This document shows, piece by piece, positions 21,231 to 32,192 of a stretch of DNA of 64,000 nucleotides. Location of the stretch: assembly GCA_000002445.1 (NCBI GenBank), contig CH464491.1, forward strand, positions 3,840,001 through 3,904,000, in the 5' to 3' direction. Below the pieces are notes generated by a model. That model ran no database searches, had not been told where the DNA came from, and was given only the letters and a program-made list of their open reading frames with translations. Numbering within the stretch: the first letter of the stretch is position 1; every line of letters starts with the position of its first letter. A program made the translations under genes and the position numbers. The DNA is from Trypanosoma brucei. Its lineage: Eukaryota.

Positions 21231-23224
21231 CATTTGTCTTTCATTTCCATTACTTCTTTTTTCTTTTTTTATAAAAAAAAGGGGGTTGCGTCACTGCTCC
21301 ATTTCTTCACGTTCTTGCGGTCCTCCTCTTGAGGTGATACGAAATAAAAAAGAGTTCATATCTGAAGGAGGAATTGCTGCGTGGACAATCAAATGAAGAA
21401 AATACGGGGAATCCACACGATACGCAGAAATGACAAAAAATGAATTAAAAAAAAAAAAGAAAACACTCCAACACTACAAAAAGTGAAGAAAGTTAAAAAA
21501 ATGATAAAAAAAACAACAAAAACTCCCACATGTTCACATCAGGCCGCAGAAATTCGAGTCGAGTTCAGTTAACTGTAGTCGAATATGTGTCTGTATGTCT
21601 GTAAATATGTCTGTAAGTATGCTGTTCTTTTTTTTTCCTCTTTGGGATTCCGTTGTGCCTTATTCGGATATCATGAATCCAACACATTCCGTCACTACTC
21701 CACTCCTTTAGAATCAAGTGGCGGTCAAAATAAATTATTTATATATTATAATAATTATTATTATTAAAGAAAAAAAGGAGGAGTTGAGGAATGACACGAG
21801 AGTAAAGAAACGGAAAACATGAAATAATGACGCCGTTTTTCCCCCCCCCCCCATCAGATGTGTGACTGATGCACTCCCGTATTGACCTCAAACAGAAGAA
21901 GTGGAGGAAAAGAGAAGAGGGGAGAAAAGAAAAAAAGATCAAAAATCAAAAAACAAAAGGAAAAGGAAATGAAAATAGAAATGGGAAAAGAAGAAGAAAG
22001 GAAAGGGAATAGTGTAAAGGGTGCTTCACGCGCACTCTTTTGCGATCCTTTCCTTTCCTTTACTTTTTCTTTTCCCATTTCTTTTTTCTTCTATGCGACA
22101 AACAGCAATGAATTTATAAATTATAGGCTGCTCTGTTATAAAATGGTGGGAATGAAGGGGGAGTGGGGGAAAAAAAAAGAACCGATAGAAAGTGGAGGGT
22201 AAAAGGGTTTTAAAAAAAAAAATGTGGCCATAATAAATACAGAGGGAAGAGAAGGGTAAAAATGTAATAAATAAGTAAAATATTTTTATTAAAAAAAAGC
22301 CAAAGCAAAACAAACCATAAAGAAACTAACAGAAAAGAAAAGAACAAAAGAATGACATATACCGAAATAAGTCTAAAGGAAAATGAAATCAAAATAGAAA
22401 AAAAAACAAAAAAATTTTTTTTGAAAAAAAAATTACTGGCCACAATTCAAAATTTTTTTTTCTTTTTTGTTTACCCCCCCCCACTTCTTTGGCACCTTCA
22501 TGACTCTATCGAAACCTTGTGAGCAGAAATTCTCACATTTTTTGTTTTATTTTCCTTCTCTAAACGTGCGGAAGATGTGAGTGAAAGGAGTAACGAAGAG
22601 GGTGGACGGAAGTTTCTTATTATTGTTATTACAACTTTCCTCTCCTATTTTTAAGGTATTTTTTTTTTAATAATCTCATTTTCTTTAAAAATAAAAAAAA
22701 ATCGATTACCACCGCATTTGCTTTCATCATGTTTCTGTCTTTGTTTCTTTTACTTTTTTATTTGCGTATGAGAGTATGCATGTATTATTTTCTCCTCTAT
22801 CATATTTTTCTTCTTTCTTTCTTTGCTTTAGTTTTGGTTCTATGGTAATTCCGTTTTCGCTCGACTCACTTTAAGTCCCTGTTTCCCTTACCCTCCGGCA
22901 ACTTGGAGGGGAACGAAGCAAGAAACATAAAACCAATTATTTGATATTTATTTGTTCCGTCTCCATACGCACCCCCCTCTGCTCCACATTCTAACCGCTA
23001 TCGTTGTCTATTTATTTATTTTTGTTTTTTTTGTTTTTCATTAATCATCATTCACTCTTTTATCCATTCAATGTTGTTTTCTTGGAGGGAGGAAAGGTAG
23101 AAAGAAGGAAAGAAGGAGGGAAATTTTTACTTGTTTTTTTTTCCTCTTTTTTGTCAAGTAAACTCCAACGCCACCAGTCAGCAGCGTGAGAATGTGAGTA
23201 AAACACTGTTGAATTGTTGCGACC

Positions 23225-24343
23225 TTATTTGTACGTTGGAGGGCGGAGGCCACTCTTCTGGTACTGCGTTTTCTCCTCCCGTGACATGGCTCCAGCTGGA
23301 ACAACATTCTTCACGGAATTGTTCACGTTCTGAAGCCATATGCGGACACCGAAGATGCGGAACAACTCACTGTTCAGCTGCCGGAAATCAATAGAGCGGG
23401 ATGCCTCGTAGTAGAAACTGATCTTCTGTTGATCGAATTGATACTCGCAATCAACGACATCCATGTCGAGCCCAAGGCGCGCTACAATCTCGCGGCATGT
23501 CTTTAAGGCCAGATTCTCATTGCGCGAGATCTCCCCGAAAAGGCGCTCCACTTCCTCCTCCGTTGCCACGCGCAATACTCGACCCATTTCACCCTTCATC
23601 CGCACCACATTCGTCACATTGCCGTCAAAACTCTCTTCACGGACGATGCAGCCCTTCTCAGCATTCCATTCACTGCATTGGTTGACAACACCACAATCGT
23701 GGCCGCGGTCTCCCTGTACAATAGCGTACTGTCCGGGTGTGATGAAGGAACTGCTCACGCACCGCTTCATGCGTTGGCATTTGAATTCGACCAACAAAAT
23801 GAAGCAGTCGTGTCTCTTCCAGCTGTTGTGATCATCTCCACGAGTGGCACTCGAGGACTGTGGGTTTGATAGGGCCCTCTTGTTATCGGTAGCTTTTATG
23901 TGCTCCTCCTCCTTGTCCCTTGTGGAAACCATCGGAGTCGTAACGGTGTCTATCGTCCCACTGGTAAGTGGATCATGGGTAGGAGATTCAAAGAACTGAG
24001 GGGCAGAGTGCGTAGCGTGTGGCATGGCACTACTCAGCATCGAAACAAAGTTGGGCTCCTCTTCAGGAAAGGCGGGATGCACAGCTTCGATTGTTGAGGT
24101 TTGTGATGTAGAGGTTAGTAACTCAGGTGCGGTGGGTAATTGCCTTTGCTGAACCAGGTGCAGCATAAGTCCATAAATAGCATCCACTTTACGGGAGAGT
24201 TGGTCCAACTTTTCTGCGATGCCTTCATCAGTAGTAAATACCGGTGCCGTCATTCGCGCCGCTACCTCCATGTCAGATTCATGCATGTGATGAGGATGCA
24301 CCTGACGCTTGCTTTGGGTCACGTTAGTCAGATCGTGGAACAT
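23225..24343 (-). CDS. PSP1 C-terminal domain-containing protein (372 aa)
   Basis: The C-terminal half (QYAIVQGDRGHDCGVV...VATEEEVERL...CREIVARLGLDMDVVDCEYQFDQQKISFYYEASRSIDFRQL) matches the PSP1-C conserved region. The first ATG is 24343 (MFHDLTNV). The track N-terminus runs through a (TAA)n/(TTA)n stretch and is spurious. Confidence 0.65.
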   Translation of the reverse strand: MFHDLTNVTQSKRQVHPHHMHESDMEVAARMTAPVFTTDEGIAEKLDQLSRKVDAIYGLMLHLVQQRQLPTAPELLTSTSQTSTIEAVHPAFPEEEPNFVSMLSSAMPHATHSAPQFFESPTHDPLTSGTIDTVTTPMVSTRDKEEEHIKATDNKRALSNPQSSSATRGDDHNSWKRHDCFILLVEFKCQRMKRCVSSSFITPGQYAIVQGDRGHDCGVVNQCSEWNAEKGCIVREESFDGNVTNVVRMKGEMGRVLRVATEEEVERLFGEISRNENLALKTCREIVARLGLDMDVVDCEYQFDQQKISFYYEASRSIDFRQLNSELFRIFGVRIWLQNVNNSVKNVVPAGAMSREEKTQYQKSGLRPPTYK

Positions 24344-24845
24344 TGCAAATAGTGGAGCTAACTTAAATAGTGATGTTGTGCTACACAGTGGAAACTGGTG
24401 GAATCGCTTATAATAAATATACTTATTTTGAAAATGTAAAAATAATAATAATAATAAAACAACAACAGTCAAAACAGTGAAGTAAGTTATACCAACAATA
24501 CCGAAAAGAAGTGGTGAGGGACAGATTCTGTGAATTTACACTAACCGCAGCACAACTCACAATAACCTCCATCTACCCCACTAGTAGTATATGCGGCTGT
24601 CGTTACCGAATAACCAGAAGAAAGGGTAATACCAGTTAACGGGAATAAACAAATAGGAAAGTGAACCCACAGTTTTACACCCGAATAAAGAAATCAATAT
24701 GGACTTCTCGATGTATAGGGCACTACGTACAGATTAAATACAAACTGATCTTCAAGTTGAAACAAAAACGAAAACGATGAGTTACATGTATCGAAACGTA
24801 AGTAGTTCGGAGGTGTTGCGAACTACTTCGCAGAATATCTCATCC

Positions 24846-27155
24846 TTAGATTGGTTGCTCAGTAAGGTAGAATGGCTCGTGGGGGAGTTTGCCGCCACTT
24901 GTGCTTCCTTCCACACCATCTGTGAAGGCGCCAATCCAAAATAGCAGTGTCTCACCCAAACTGTCGTATAGCCCCCTTCGGAGTTCTTCCTGTGCTTCTT
25001 CATCTGCAACATACGGGGGAACCACAACTTTTACAACGGGTTCAACACTTTCCAACTGAAGAAACGGTCGCTCTTCACCATATAGCGACTCTACGCTTGA
25101 ACTGCTGAGCACAATACCAGAGAGGTCCGCTACGCGATGGTACAAAAGCTCAACATCCATCTTTTCTGTATTGAATGGCTCTAGTGGCCCATACATTTTC
25201 TCTATAGTGGGGCCGATTTCGTCTGCCCAGAACCGCTCTGGCACGTGACCAGACGATTGCAAGAGCCCTAAAAAGAGGTCCTGGGAGATCTGCCTCACCT
25301 CGTCTATGACTTGCGAAGTAGAGCGTAACTTATTGCGGAACACGCGGACCGCTGCCCGCGCAACCATTTCAATTTCACAGTAGTGTCCCACAACGGGTTT
25401 TGCACCCGCCGGTATGGCATGATATACAAAAGGCAAAAACCGCATATTCAGTCCATTCGCATGAAAAATTGACGATAGCGAGGGCTGCATCAGTAGACCT
25501 TTGGGTCCACGAAAGCCTGCACCACACTTAACGGCATCACAGAAAATATCACGAGTCGAGTCTCCTTGCTCGGACAGTCGCCTGGCGTAGCAATGGGAGC
25601 ATATATGGCAACACTTTTCATTGCTCCGACACACGACAAACCGCAGCTCATTTGTTAGGGTATTACCACATAAAGTACACTCTACGGCATCCTGGCGTGG
25701 TATGTCGATGGGTTCATGTAAACCTACCATCGCTGCCACCGTTGGTATTAACTTCGCTCGTATGTATTCCGTGGCCTCAACGATGGTGGCGTTATCCTCC
25801 GGGGTTGCAGTGGATTCCACGAAGGCATCCGGGTTCAGTGGAGCACTCCACCTAAGAAGGAACTCTGGTCGAAAACGTAAAGTCGTCAAGGTATCATCCC
25901 ACAGATTACATTTGGTGGGGTCCTTCATGTTTTCTTCATTACCGAGAAGCGCAAGCTCTGGAAGCAGGCGACCGGAACCTATGATATAGAGTCGCTTATC
26001 ATATCCTTTAATCAGAGCGACATCAGCGGACATTGCCACATCAACACTTTTTCCCTCAGCCCCTTTGAGGACATGTCCCTTCAATGATATTGCAGCGCCG
26101 AGTTCACCAAGTCGCCTCTGGACAAAGTTAGGTGTTTCCAAGTTTCCGCGCTCGAGTTCCTGTATCGGTAAGTACACAACGTTCTGCAATTCAATCGGCG
26201 CAATAGCGAAAACACAAACCCGGACGCCACAAAATGTAACGAGCGCCGTCGGAAGGGTGTGAAACAGTTGCTTTGGTGCCTCTAACGATAACACTTGCTG
26301 CGCAAGAAAAAACTGTGTGGCAACCTGCCACGCTTGTTCACTGCCTTTGTTCTCTTCGTCGTCGCAGTCATCCAGCATAACTCGAACGAGGAGGCCATTA
26401 CGTGCGAAGTAGTTTCGTTCCCCGGTGACTCCCCTTCCTGATCGTAACTCTGCTGGAAGTACTAACTCTGCTACAACGCCCAGTGCCGCCTCCTCAGCAG
26501 CTGCTTTGAACTCCTCCATAAAGCAACGAAGCTGATCTCTGGCCGAAGTGCTCGCCTCTCGCTCTGCAAAAAGGTTCTGCTCCACCAACTGTTGGTACTG
26601 TGTGTTCCAATCGCGCGTATGCGCCGCGGGATTCGAAGTCATCGCTCGCCAAGATTTACCCAAAACACGAATGAACTGATGTACATCATCCAGTGAAGGA
26701 AGCTCCTTTGTGCTCACTTCAGGTGGAATGGAATAACTGCCAAGTACGGCAACCTCCTCAGTGCGGGGACTGCTTGGTATATCTTGGTCCTGCTGGTCGT
26801 ATACCCTGCGCCACTGACCAACTTCACCATCTGAGGAAGGCGGCGATGAGAACAGTAACCACAACAGCGAATCATCTACTGAGCGCGAAGCCACCCACCA
26901 ATTCCCAAATGGATCCCTGTACCGGCGAGTTTCACGTATAACTGTACCCTCTTCAACTTCACCAACCACTTCACCCAGTGGACCACAATACAGAGGAGCT
27001 GAAGCACCAAAAAGTTTCCAGTAAATAAGTGATTTCTTGAAACGTATGCTGCCACGACGGGCCGCGCTTCTCGCAGCCGGTGCAGTTGCAACAGACTGAC
27101 GACGTTGGATACCATCCGCTTGGGACCCCTGTACTATTGGTGGTAGTCGCACCAT
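24846..27155 (-). CDS. Clu-domain-like protein with Cys/His zinc-ribbon motif, lacking TPR region (769 aa)
   Basis: FHANGLNMRFLPFV and EMVARAAVRVF resemble the Clu-domain signatures GINMRYLGKV and ELVARAAKHV. They are preceded by C-x2-C-x14-C-x5-CCHIC-x-HC. The track start is a TTG at 27194. The first ATG is 27155 (MVRLPPIV). Confidence 0.45.
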   Translation of the reverse strand: MVRLPPIVQGSQADGIQRRQSVATAPAARSAARRGSIRFKKSLIYWKLFGASAPLYCGPLGEVVGEVEEGTVIRETRRYRDPFGNWWVASRSVDDSLLWLLFSSPPSSDGEVGQWRRVYDQQDQDIPSSPRTEEVAVLGSYSIPPEVSTKELPSLDDVHQFIRVLGKSWRAMTSNPAAHTRDWNTQYQQLVEQNLFAEREASTSARDQLRCFMEEFKAAAEEAALGVVAELVLPAELRSGRGVTGERNYFARNGLLVRVMLDDCDDEENKGSEQAWQVATQFFLAQQVLSLEAPKQLFHTLPTALVTFCGVRVCVFAIAPIELQNVVYLPIQELERGNLETPNFVQRRLGELGAAISLKGHVLKGAEGKSVDVAMSADVALIKGYDKRLYIIGSGRLLPELALLGNEENMKDPTKCNLWDDTLTTLRFRPEFLLRWSAPLNPDAFVESTATPEDNATIVEATEYIRAKLIPTVAAMVGLHEPIDIPRQDAVECTLCGNTLTNELRFVVCRSNEKCCHICSHCYARRLSEQGDSTRDIFCDAVKCGAGFRGPKGLLMQPSLSSIFHANGLNMRFLPFVYHAIPAGAKPVVGHYCEIEMVARAAVRVFRNKLRSTSQVIDEVRQISQDLFLGLLQSSGHVPERFWADEIGPTIEKMYGPLEPFNTEKMDVELLYHRVADLSGIVLSSSSVESLYGEERPFLQLESVEPVVKVVVPPYVADEEAQEELRRGLYDSLGETLLFWIGAFTDGVEGSTSGGKLPHEPFYLTEQPI

Positions 27156-27625
27156 TCCAGATCGTTGAGGTCGGAATATGTATAATATGTGCAAAAGTCC
27201 TTTGCCCCGCGATTGGCGCTATGAAGAAGTTGAGAGAAAATTAAATTACCAATTTTTTCATAAACCAAGAAATGAAGACTCGTCGGCGCAAGTACTAACA
27301 GCAGTTGATAACTCAACTACGACAAGTAAAGAATCAGTTCATGATGAAAACAGAACAGCATTGTCGAGGAGGTAAACAAAAGTGACAGCTCCCACCATAA
27401 CACATGGCGGAGGGATTGATTAAAATACCGAACTTTTGGGGGCATCCAATCGCGGCTTTCAGATGATACATATCCAAAAGAAGAAATTTCATGAGCGAAG
27501 TGGGACCAGACATCATTGCGGTGTCACTGTCGCACACACGAAAACAACAGCAGCAACATTTTGATTCATCAAAGAGCCATAATCAAAAACTAATAATAAC
27601 AACACGGTAGTTCACGCCATGCAGC

Positions 27626-27630
<5 letters not shown>

Positions 27631-27667
<37 letters not shown>
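27631..27667. repeat. (CA)18 microsatellite
   Basis: Direct read. Confidence 0.95.
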
Positions 27668-27668
<1 letters not shown>

Positions 27669-28078
27669 CGGTACCACCACTGGTGCGAACAGAACACAAG
27701 GCCTTGCGCTTGCGAGAAACTCACCAAATTAATGGAAAGGTGAAAAAAAATATACAGAGCACGCTACACAAAGAGTATCAAGTACTCTACACCACAATTG
27801 CAGGATAAGCACCGGTCCGATCATCACGACGTGCACCCTGTTCCCGTCGCTCATTTCCATATCTGGCTCGAAAAAGGAAGAAAAATGCAACGAAATAAAA
27901 CAAGGTATGCATGTTGACCAAATGGAAAGGGTCATACACAAGATATTCAAAGGAAGAAAGAAAGGATGAAAGATCGCTGTCGTGTATGGCCTCAACGCAC
28001 ATAATAAAAAAACGCTTTGCGTAATTGAGGTAAGAATAGCAGCACAAAGTTGAGGAGAGTAACTGAACACAGCGTACT

Positions 28079-28100
28079 TGTGTGTGTGTGTGTGTGTGTG
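28079..28100. repeat. (TG)11 microsatellite, inverted relative to the (CA)18 at 27631
   Basis: Direct read. Confidence 0.95.
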
Positions 28101-28131
28101 ATACAAAATCACTTACACATAGAGACGGGTA

Positions 28132-28890
28132 TTACATAACACCACACGTTTGCGCCATACCTGCGGGTTTGGAAAGTTGGTTGAGAAATTCCTCCTCCGA
28201 CACTTTTCCCGTCAGAAGCTCCTTGTAGTATTCATCACGTACTGCCCCTGTCGTGTGGAGGCCATCGCCAAGCACCTTCTGCACATCCACACCGTACTCC
28301 AGAAGTAACTGTAAACGCAGTTGCTGCTTCGTCATTCGAACAGACGGGGACGGTTCCACACCGCCAGTTTTTTTGTGTTTCCGTGCCAATGCAAGCGCCT
28401 CTTCTTGAGATTTCAGCATTTTGGTGGTGAACTGCCACAAGAAACAGTACATTGCTACGGCGTCCTGCTCACGTGACGTAAAGGAGGTTGTGTTGTTTGA
28501 CGGCTGCTCGCCGGACGTCGCGGTTGTATTCGATTCCGAGGAATTTGTGGAATTTCCACCATGCTGCCTTTTTTCCGGTGCACCAGCTGTACTTCCCTTT
28601 CTGATGTTAGTTTTTCGGGTTGCTCCCTTCCACAGACGATCCTTCAGCACCCCGAATGCCATCTGCATAAAGACGTGGTGAGACAACTTCACTGGAATAG
28701 GTTCTCCAACACATAAGAAATTTGGGCATTGCCCTGGTATAGATTCTGGGTCCCGTTTGTACCACAGCAGAACATAATCACAGTGGAGTTTTTGTTGCAA
28801 CTCTTGTTGTGAGCGGAGAAATGGCGACACACCAGTTACAGCACCCTTTGGTGCCTTTACACTAGGTGAAATTGAGGATTTAGTACTCAT
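28132..28890 (-). CDS. hypothetical protein (252 aa)
   Basis: The track ORF starts at a GTG at 28932. The first ATG is 28890 (MSTKSSISP). No domain recognised. The middle is Ser/Thr/Asn-rich. Confidence 0.45.
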   Translation of the reverse strand: MSTKSSISPSVKAPKGAVTGVSPFLRSQQELQQKLHCDYVLLWYKRDPESIPGQCPNFLCVGEPIPVKLSHHVFMQMAFGVLKDRLWKGATRKTNIRKGSTAGAPEKRQHGGNSTNSSESNTTATSGEQPSNNTTSFTSREQDAVAMYCFLWQFTTKMLKSQEEALALARKHKKTGGVEPSPSVRMTKQQLRLQLLLEYGVDVQKVLGDGLHTTGAVRDEYYKELLTGKVSEEEFLNQLSKPAGMAQTCGVM

Positions 28891-29289
28891 CCCTCCAGCG
28901 CCTCCTTTACATACACTTCTCTTTTTCTGCACTTATCGGCCTACTACGCGAATGGTAACTGTGCAACAGCTACTATTAACAACCACCTGTTTAGGCGGTT
29001 ACATGTGTATACGTGCACGTATAAGTAAGTGAAATTAAATGAAGGATAAGTTCTGACCAATTTAGAAAGAAAAATCTTTTTTGCGATAGCAATCATGGGA
29101 GGCAAATACATTAGCAGCTCTACGTATGCGGAGATACGAAACTCGCACAACCGTCACCGTGAATAATCGATATGATGTAAATGGGTTCTTAACAGTCGAA
29201 AGTGTGCGTGTGTGTGAGAAATAATAGTACCAGAAGAAGGAAGCGTTGGTTATGTTTCTCAGGAAATGATTTCGTAACAGCTCTTGTGC

Positions 29290-29311
29290 ATATATATATA
29301 TATATATATAT
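29290..29311. repeat. (AT)11 microsatellite
   Basis: Direct read. Confidence 0.95.
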
Positions 29312-30352
29312 TCCACGGAATGAAATAACTGCCCTTGCCGCGGTCACCTCACCACTCTGCACCTACCGCCACTTCCATGAATATATTATAAACAAATTCG
29401 CGCTTCACACACTTATATTACGGTGCCTCATTAACGAGCACAGTGGGTTAGCACCCGTGTGCAGGTTGGGGAAGAGGACGAGGTCCAAACCATCTCTCCT
29501 CATAACAAAACTGATCATGTCTTTCTTTTTATTCTTACTTTTCCACTTTTCTTTCCTATCTTCCTTCCTCGATCCAATATGGGAGAGATAGCAGAATAAA
29601 AAAAAGTCTGTCACGCAGTCACAACGACAATACAGCACAACCAACCAAACCCGACAAAAAATGTAAATAAATAAAGGAACGCTATCCATACGGGTACCTG
29701 ATATGCTGAAGGAAAAGGTAATCCACAAGTAACAGCACACACACAAAAAAAAACGATAAAAAAAAGAGAACATTGCAGCATAGATAAGTAAAAAAAGGGG
29801 GGAGAAACATTCAGTGTTGAAAGATCCTAATCAACACGTGGTTACCACAACCTATTGCAACTCTGATGCAACATCGCACCTCCCCTCTCGCTAAAATAGA
29901 AAATATACCGTAAATTATCGTAATGAAGAATATTTCCGCCAGGCACATCGCCTTCATCCAAACTCGACAATTTGTGCATCCCTTTACTTTGTCGTTGCAC
30001 GCATTCAACAAATTTTCTCATTTTAGACGAGTGGAAGGACAGAGGAGGGAGGCGACATTAGTTGATGGTGCCTTTCCATCCAAAACTATACTCACCCCCT
30101 TTCCTACCAGTTCTATATCACAAAATGTTGCATTATTAATTGAGCCCCTTTCACCTTATTGTACATATTGCAACTGTTTACACAGCAGCATGGTCCGAAC
30201 ACTAAGTATAATAAAAAGCGTTACCTACTGCATTCCCCTTATTATTATTATTTTTCTCTTTTACTTTTGCTGATATTCTGCTAACTTGTCTTTGCCGTCC
30301 GCATCTACAAATTTTTATTTTGATAATCTGCGTTGCACCAACACACCGAGTC

Positions 30353-31582
30353 TCACATATGCGATGCCGAATGGAGAGAGTAATTCATGGATGCCACAAA
30401 GATCTGAAAATCGCCAAACGCCTCAATCTTTAGGTCACCATAAGGGACGAGAAAACATTCACCCAAACGCACTCTTTCCCCGTTTACAATGCCACATCCT
30501 TCCACGCAAAATCCCAACCCAACCGTTGGAAGTTTTATGTGTGTTTGTCCCTGCCTTTCCACACGATGTTCAATGCGGTAAAGAGAAAAGTCTTGAAACT
30601 CTCTGGGTGGGGAATAATGTTGCAATTCCCATTCTGATCCCTCGGGGGCTCGATAGCGCTCGAATTTTGCACGCTCAAGACCATCAGTGCCGTAACGCAA
30701 CATCCTCAACAGGGTGGGCACATCTTTCCATTTTGGAGTGAGCCCCGCCCGCACAACATTATCGCTGCATGCCATTATTTCAACACTATCTCCAAACAGA
30801 TAGGCATGAGGCTCACTGTCAGCCAAAAAAAGACCCTCACCTGGTGCTAATTGCACATAGTTGAGGAAGTACACCATCCAACAACCCATATCGTCGGGAT
30901 ATTGATAAAGGACACGTAAGAAAACACTATCTTCTTTAGTCATTTCTCCACCCCTACTTCGCAGCTCCTCCGCATGTTCTTGTAGTGCCTCTGCATGCTT
31001 CTTTGCATCGGTATTGTAAACAATATCCATCATATGTTTGATCGCTTCACTATCTTCGACCTCTCCGGGTAGCACATCGGCAGCGGGCCCCAAAAGAGTT
31101 TTCAACGGGGACGCGGATTCCAAGAACTCGAGAATGTCTTTTAACGGGCGAAAGCAACACAGTGCTTCGAAAGGCGTCAGTGCCACCACTAACTCTGGTT
31201 TATGGTTGGGGTCTTTGTATTTCTCGGGATTCTCCCTGTGGAGTTTCTCCGCCAATTGTTTGTTTGGGTGTGCTTGAATAGACAAAGCCGTTTGCACTGA
31301 CAGTAACTTGAGTAGGAATGGCACAGTATCACGGAAACGTGGATCTGCTTGCTGTTTGGGATGGACAAATCGTGACATGTTGTTGTCATTCTTTAGAAAG
31401 TCATCCAAATTTTGTCCAGAAAACGTTTTCGATGGGCAATTTGGGTGCGTTCCAACCCAAAGTTCCGCATACTTACCCTCCTTATTTCCCTCACCTTTCA
31501 TTTTAGCGACATAACTCTCCGCGGCTTCCTTTCCCCACGCATAGTGTTGGACGCCACAATCCAATTTAATTAACTTCGACAT
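30353..31582 (-). CDS. PMI: mannose-6-phosphate isomerase, type I (phosphomannose isomerase), 409 aa
   Basis: The N-terminus LDCGVQHYAWGK, the metal-binding QAHP region (SIQAHPNKQLAEKLH), the YKDPNHKPE motif and an overall length of about 410 aa are diagnostic of class-I PMI. ATG verified at 31582. Confidence 0.9.
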   Translation of the reverse strand: MSKLIKLDCGVQHYAWGKEAAESYVAKMKGEGNKEGKYAELWVGTHPNCPSKTFSGQNLDDFLKNDNNMSRFVHPKQQADPRFRDTVPFLLKLLSVQTALSIQAHPNKQLAEKLHRENPEKYKDPNHKPELVVALTPFEALCCFRPLKDILEFLESASPLKTLLGPAADVLPGEVEDSEAIKHMMDIVYNTDAKKHAEALQEHAEELRSRGGEMTKEDSVFLRVLYQYPDDMGCWMVYFLNYVQLAPGEGLFLADSEPHAYLFGDSVEIMACSDNVVRAGLTPKWKDVPTLLRMLRYGTDGLERAKFERYRAPEGSEWELQHYSPPREFQDFSLYRIEHRVERQGQTHIKLPTVGLGFCVEGCGIVNGERVRLGECFLVPYGDLKIEAFGDFQIFVASMNYSLHSASHM

Positions 31583-31607
31583 GTCGGATTCCTTTAAACT
31601 ACCTAGT

Positions 31608-31645
31608 CTTAAATGGGGAAGGAAGAAAGGGAAGTAATAAATGAT
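31608..31645 (-). promoter_or_regulatory. polypyrimidine tract plus candidate trans-splice acceptor for PMI
   Basis: The minus strand reads TTACTTCCCTTTCTTCCTTCCCCATTTAAG about 25 nt upstream of the ATG. Confidence 0.35.
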
Positions 31646-32079
31646 TAAATGAATGAATTAAAGCAAGAAAAAAGGCAGATATTTCAATGATCGTACACCT
31701 TCTTCCGTTTCTGTTACGGAAAAGAATTGAATATTTTAGAAAGCCAATAACAGATATGATGGTGGCGACCTCTATCAAGGGAGTCCCGCTTAAAAGAAAA
31801 CAAAAGTACAAACGACTATATATATTAGATGACACATGCACAAAAAAAAAAAAGAGATGGAAGACAAGGTAAGGCAACCGCAGTTCAGGCCATTTAAAAA
31901 ATAAAAAATAAATTCGAGACTGTAGGACCTGTGAGAATAAAAATAAAAAAAACATGGTAACACGACAGTGGAAACTGCCAAGGAGGGGAAGTTTAGCAAA
32001 AAAAAATTAACTGGTTAAGACAGATGAATACAACAAAACGCTTGCGCAAATAAAAAAGAGTGCAAATAATTGGGTAATT

Positions 32080-32082
<3 letters not shown>

Positions 32083-32110
<28 letters not shown>
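32083..32110. repeat. (AT)14 microsatellite
   Basis: Direct read. Confidence 0.95.
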
Positions 32111-32114
<4 letters not shown>

Positions 32115-32192
32115 AAAAATAACAAGAAGAGAATCACAACTAAAAACAAACACAGAGGATGAATGGAAGGGAGGGGCACGAAAAACGATATC

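Larger units (their letters stand above)
20000..23224. other. 3.2-kb gene-free low-complexity interval inside the polycistron, presumptive long 3'UTR of the PSP1-domain gene plus 5' processing region of the YqaJ gene
   Basis: Only short low-complexity ORFs. The plus strand is A/G-rich over 20540-22440 and switches to T/C-rich over 22440-23100. There are homopolymers C12 at 21841-21852 and C9 at 22475-22483. Confidence 0.6.
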
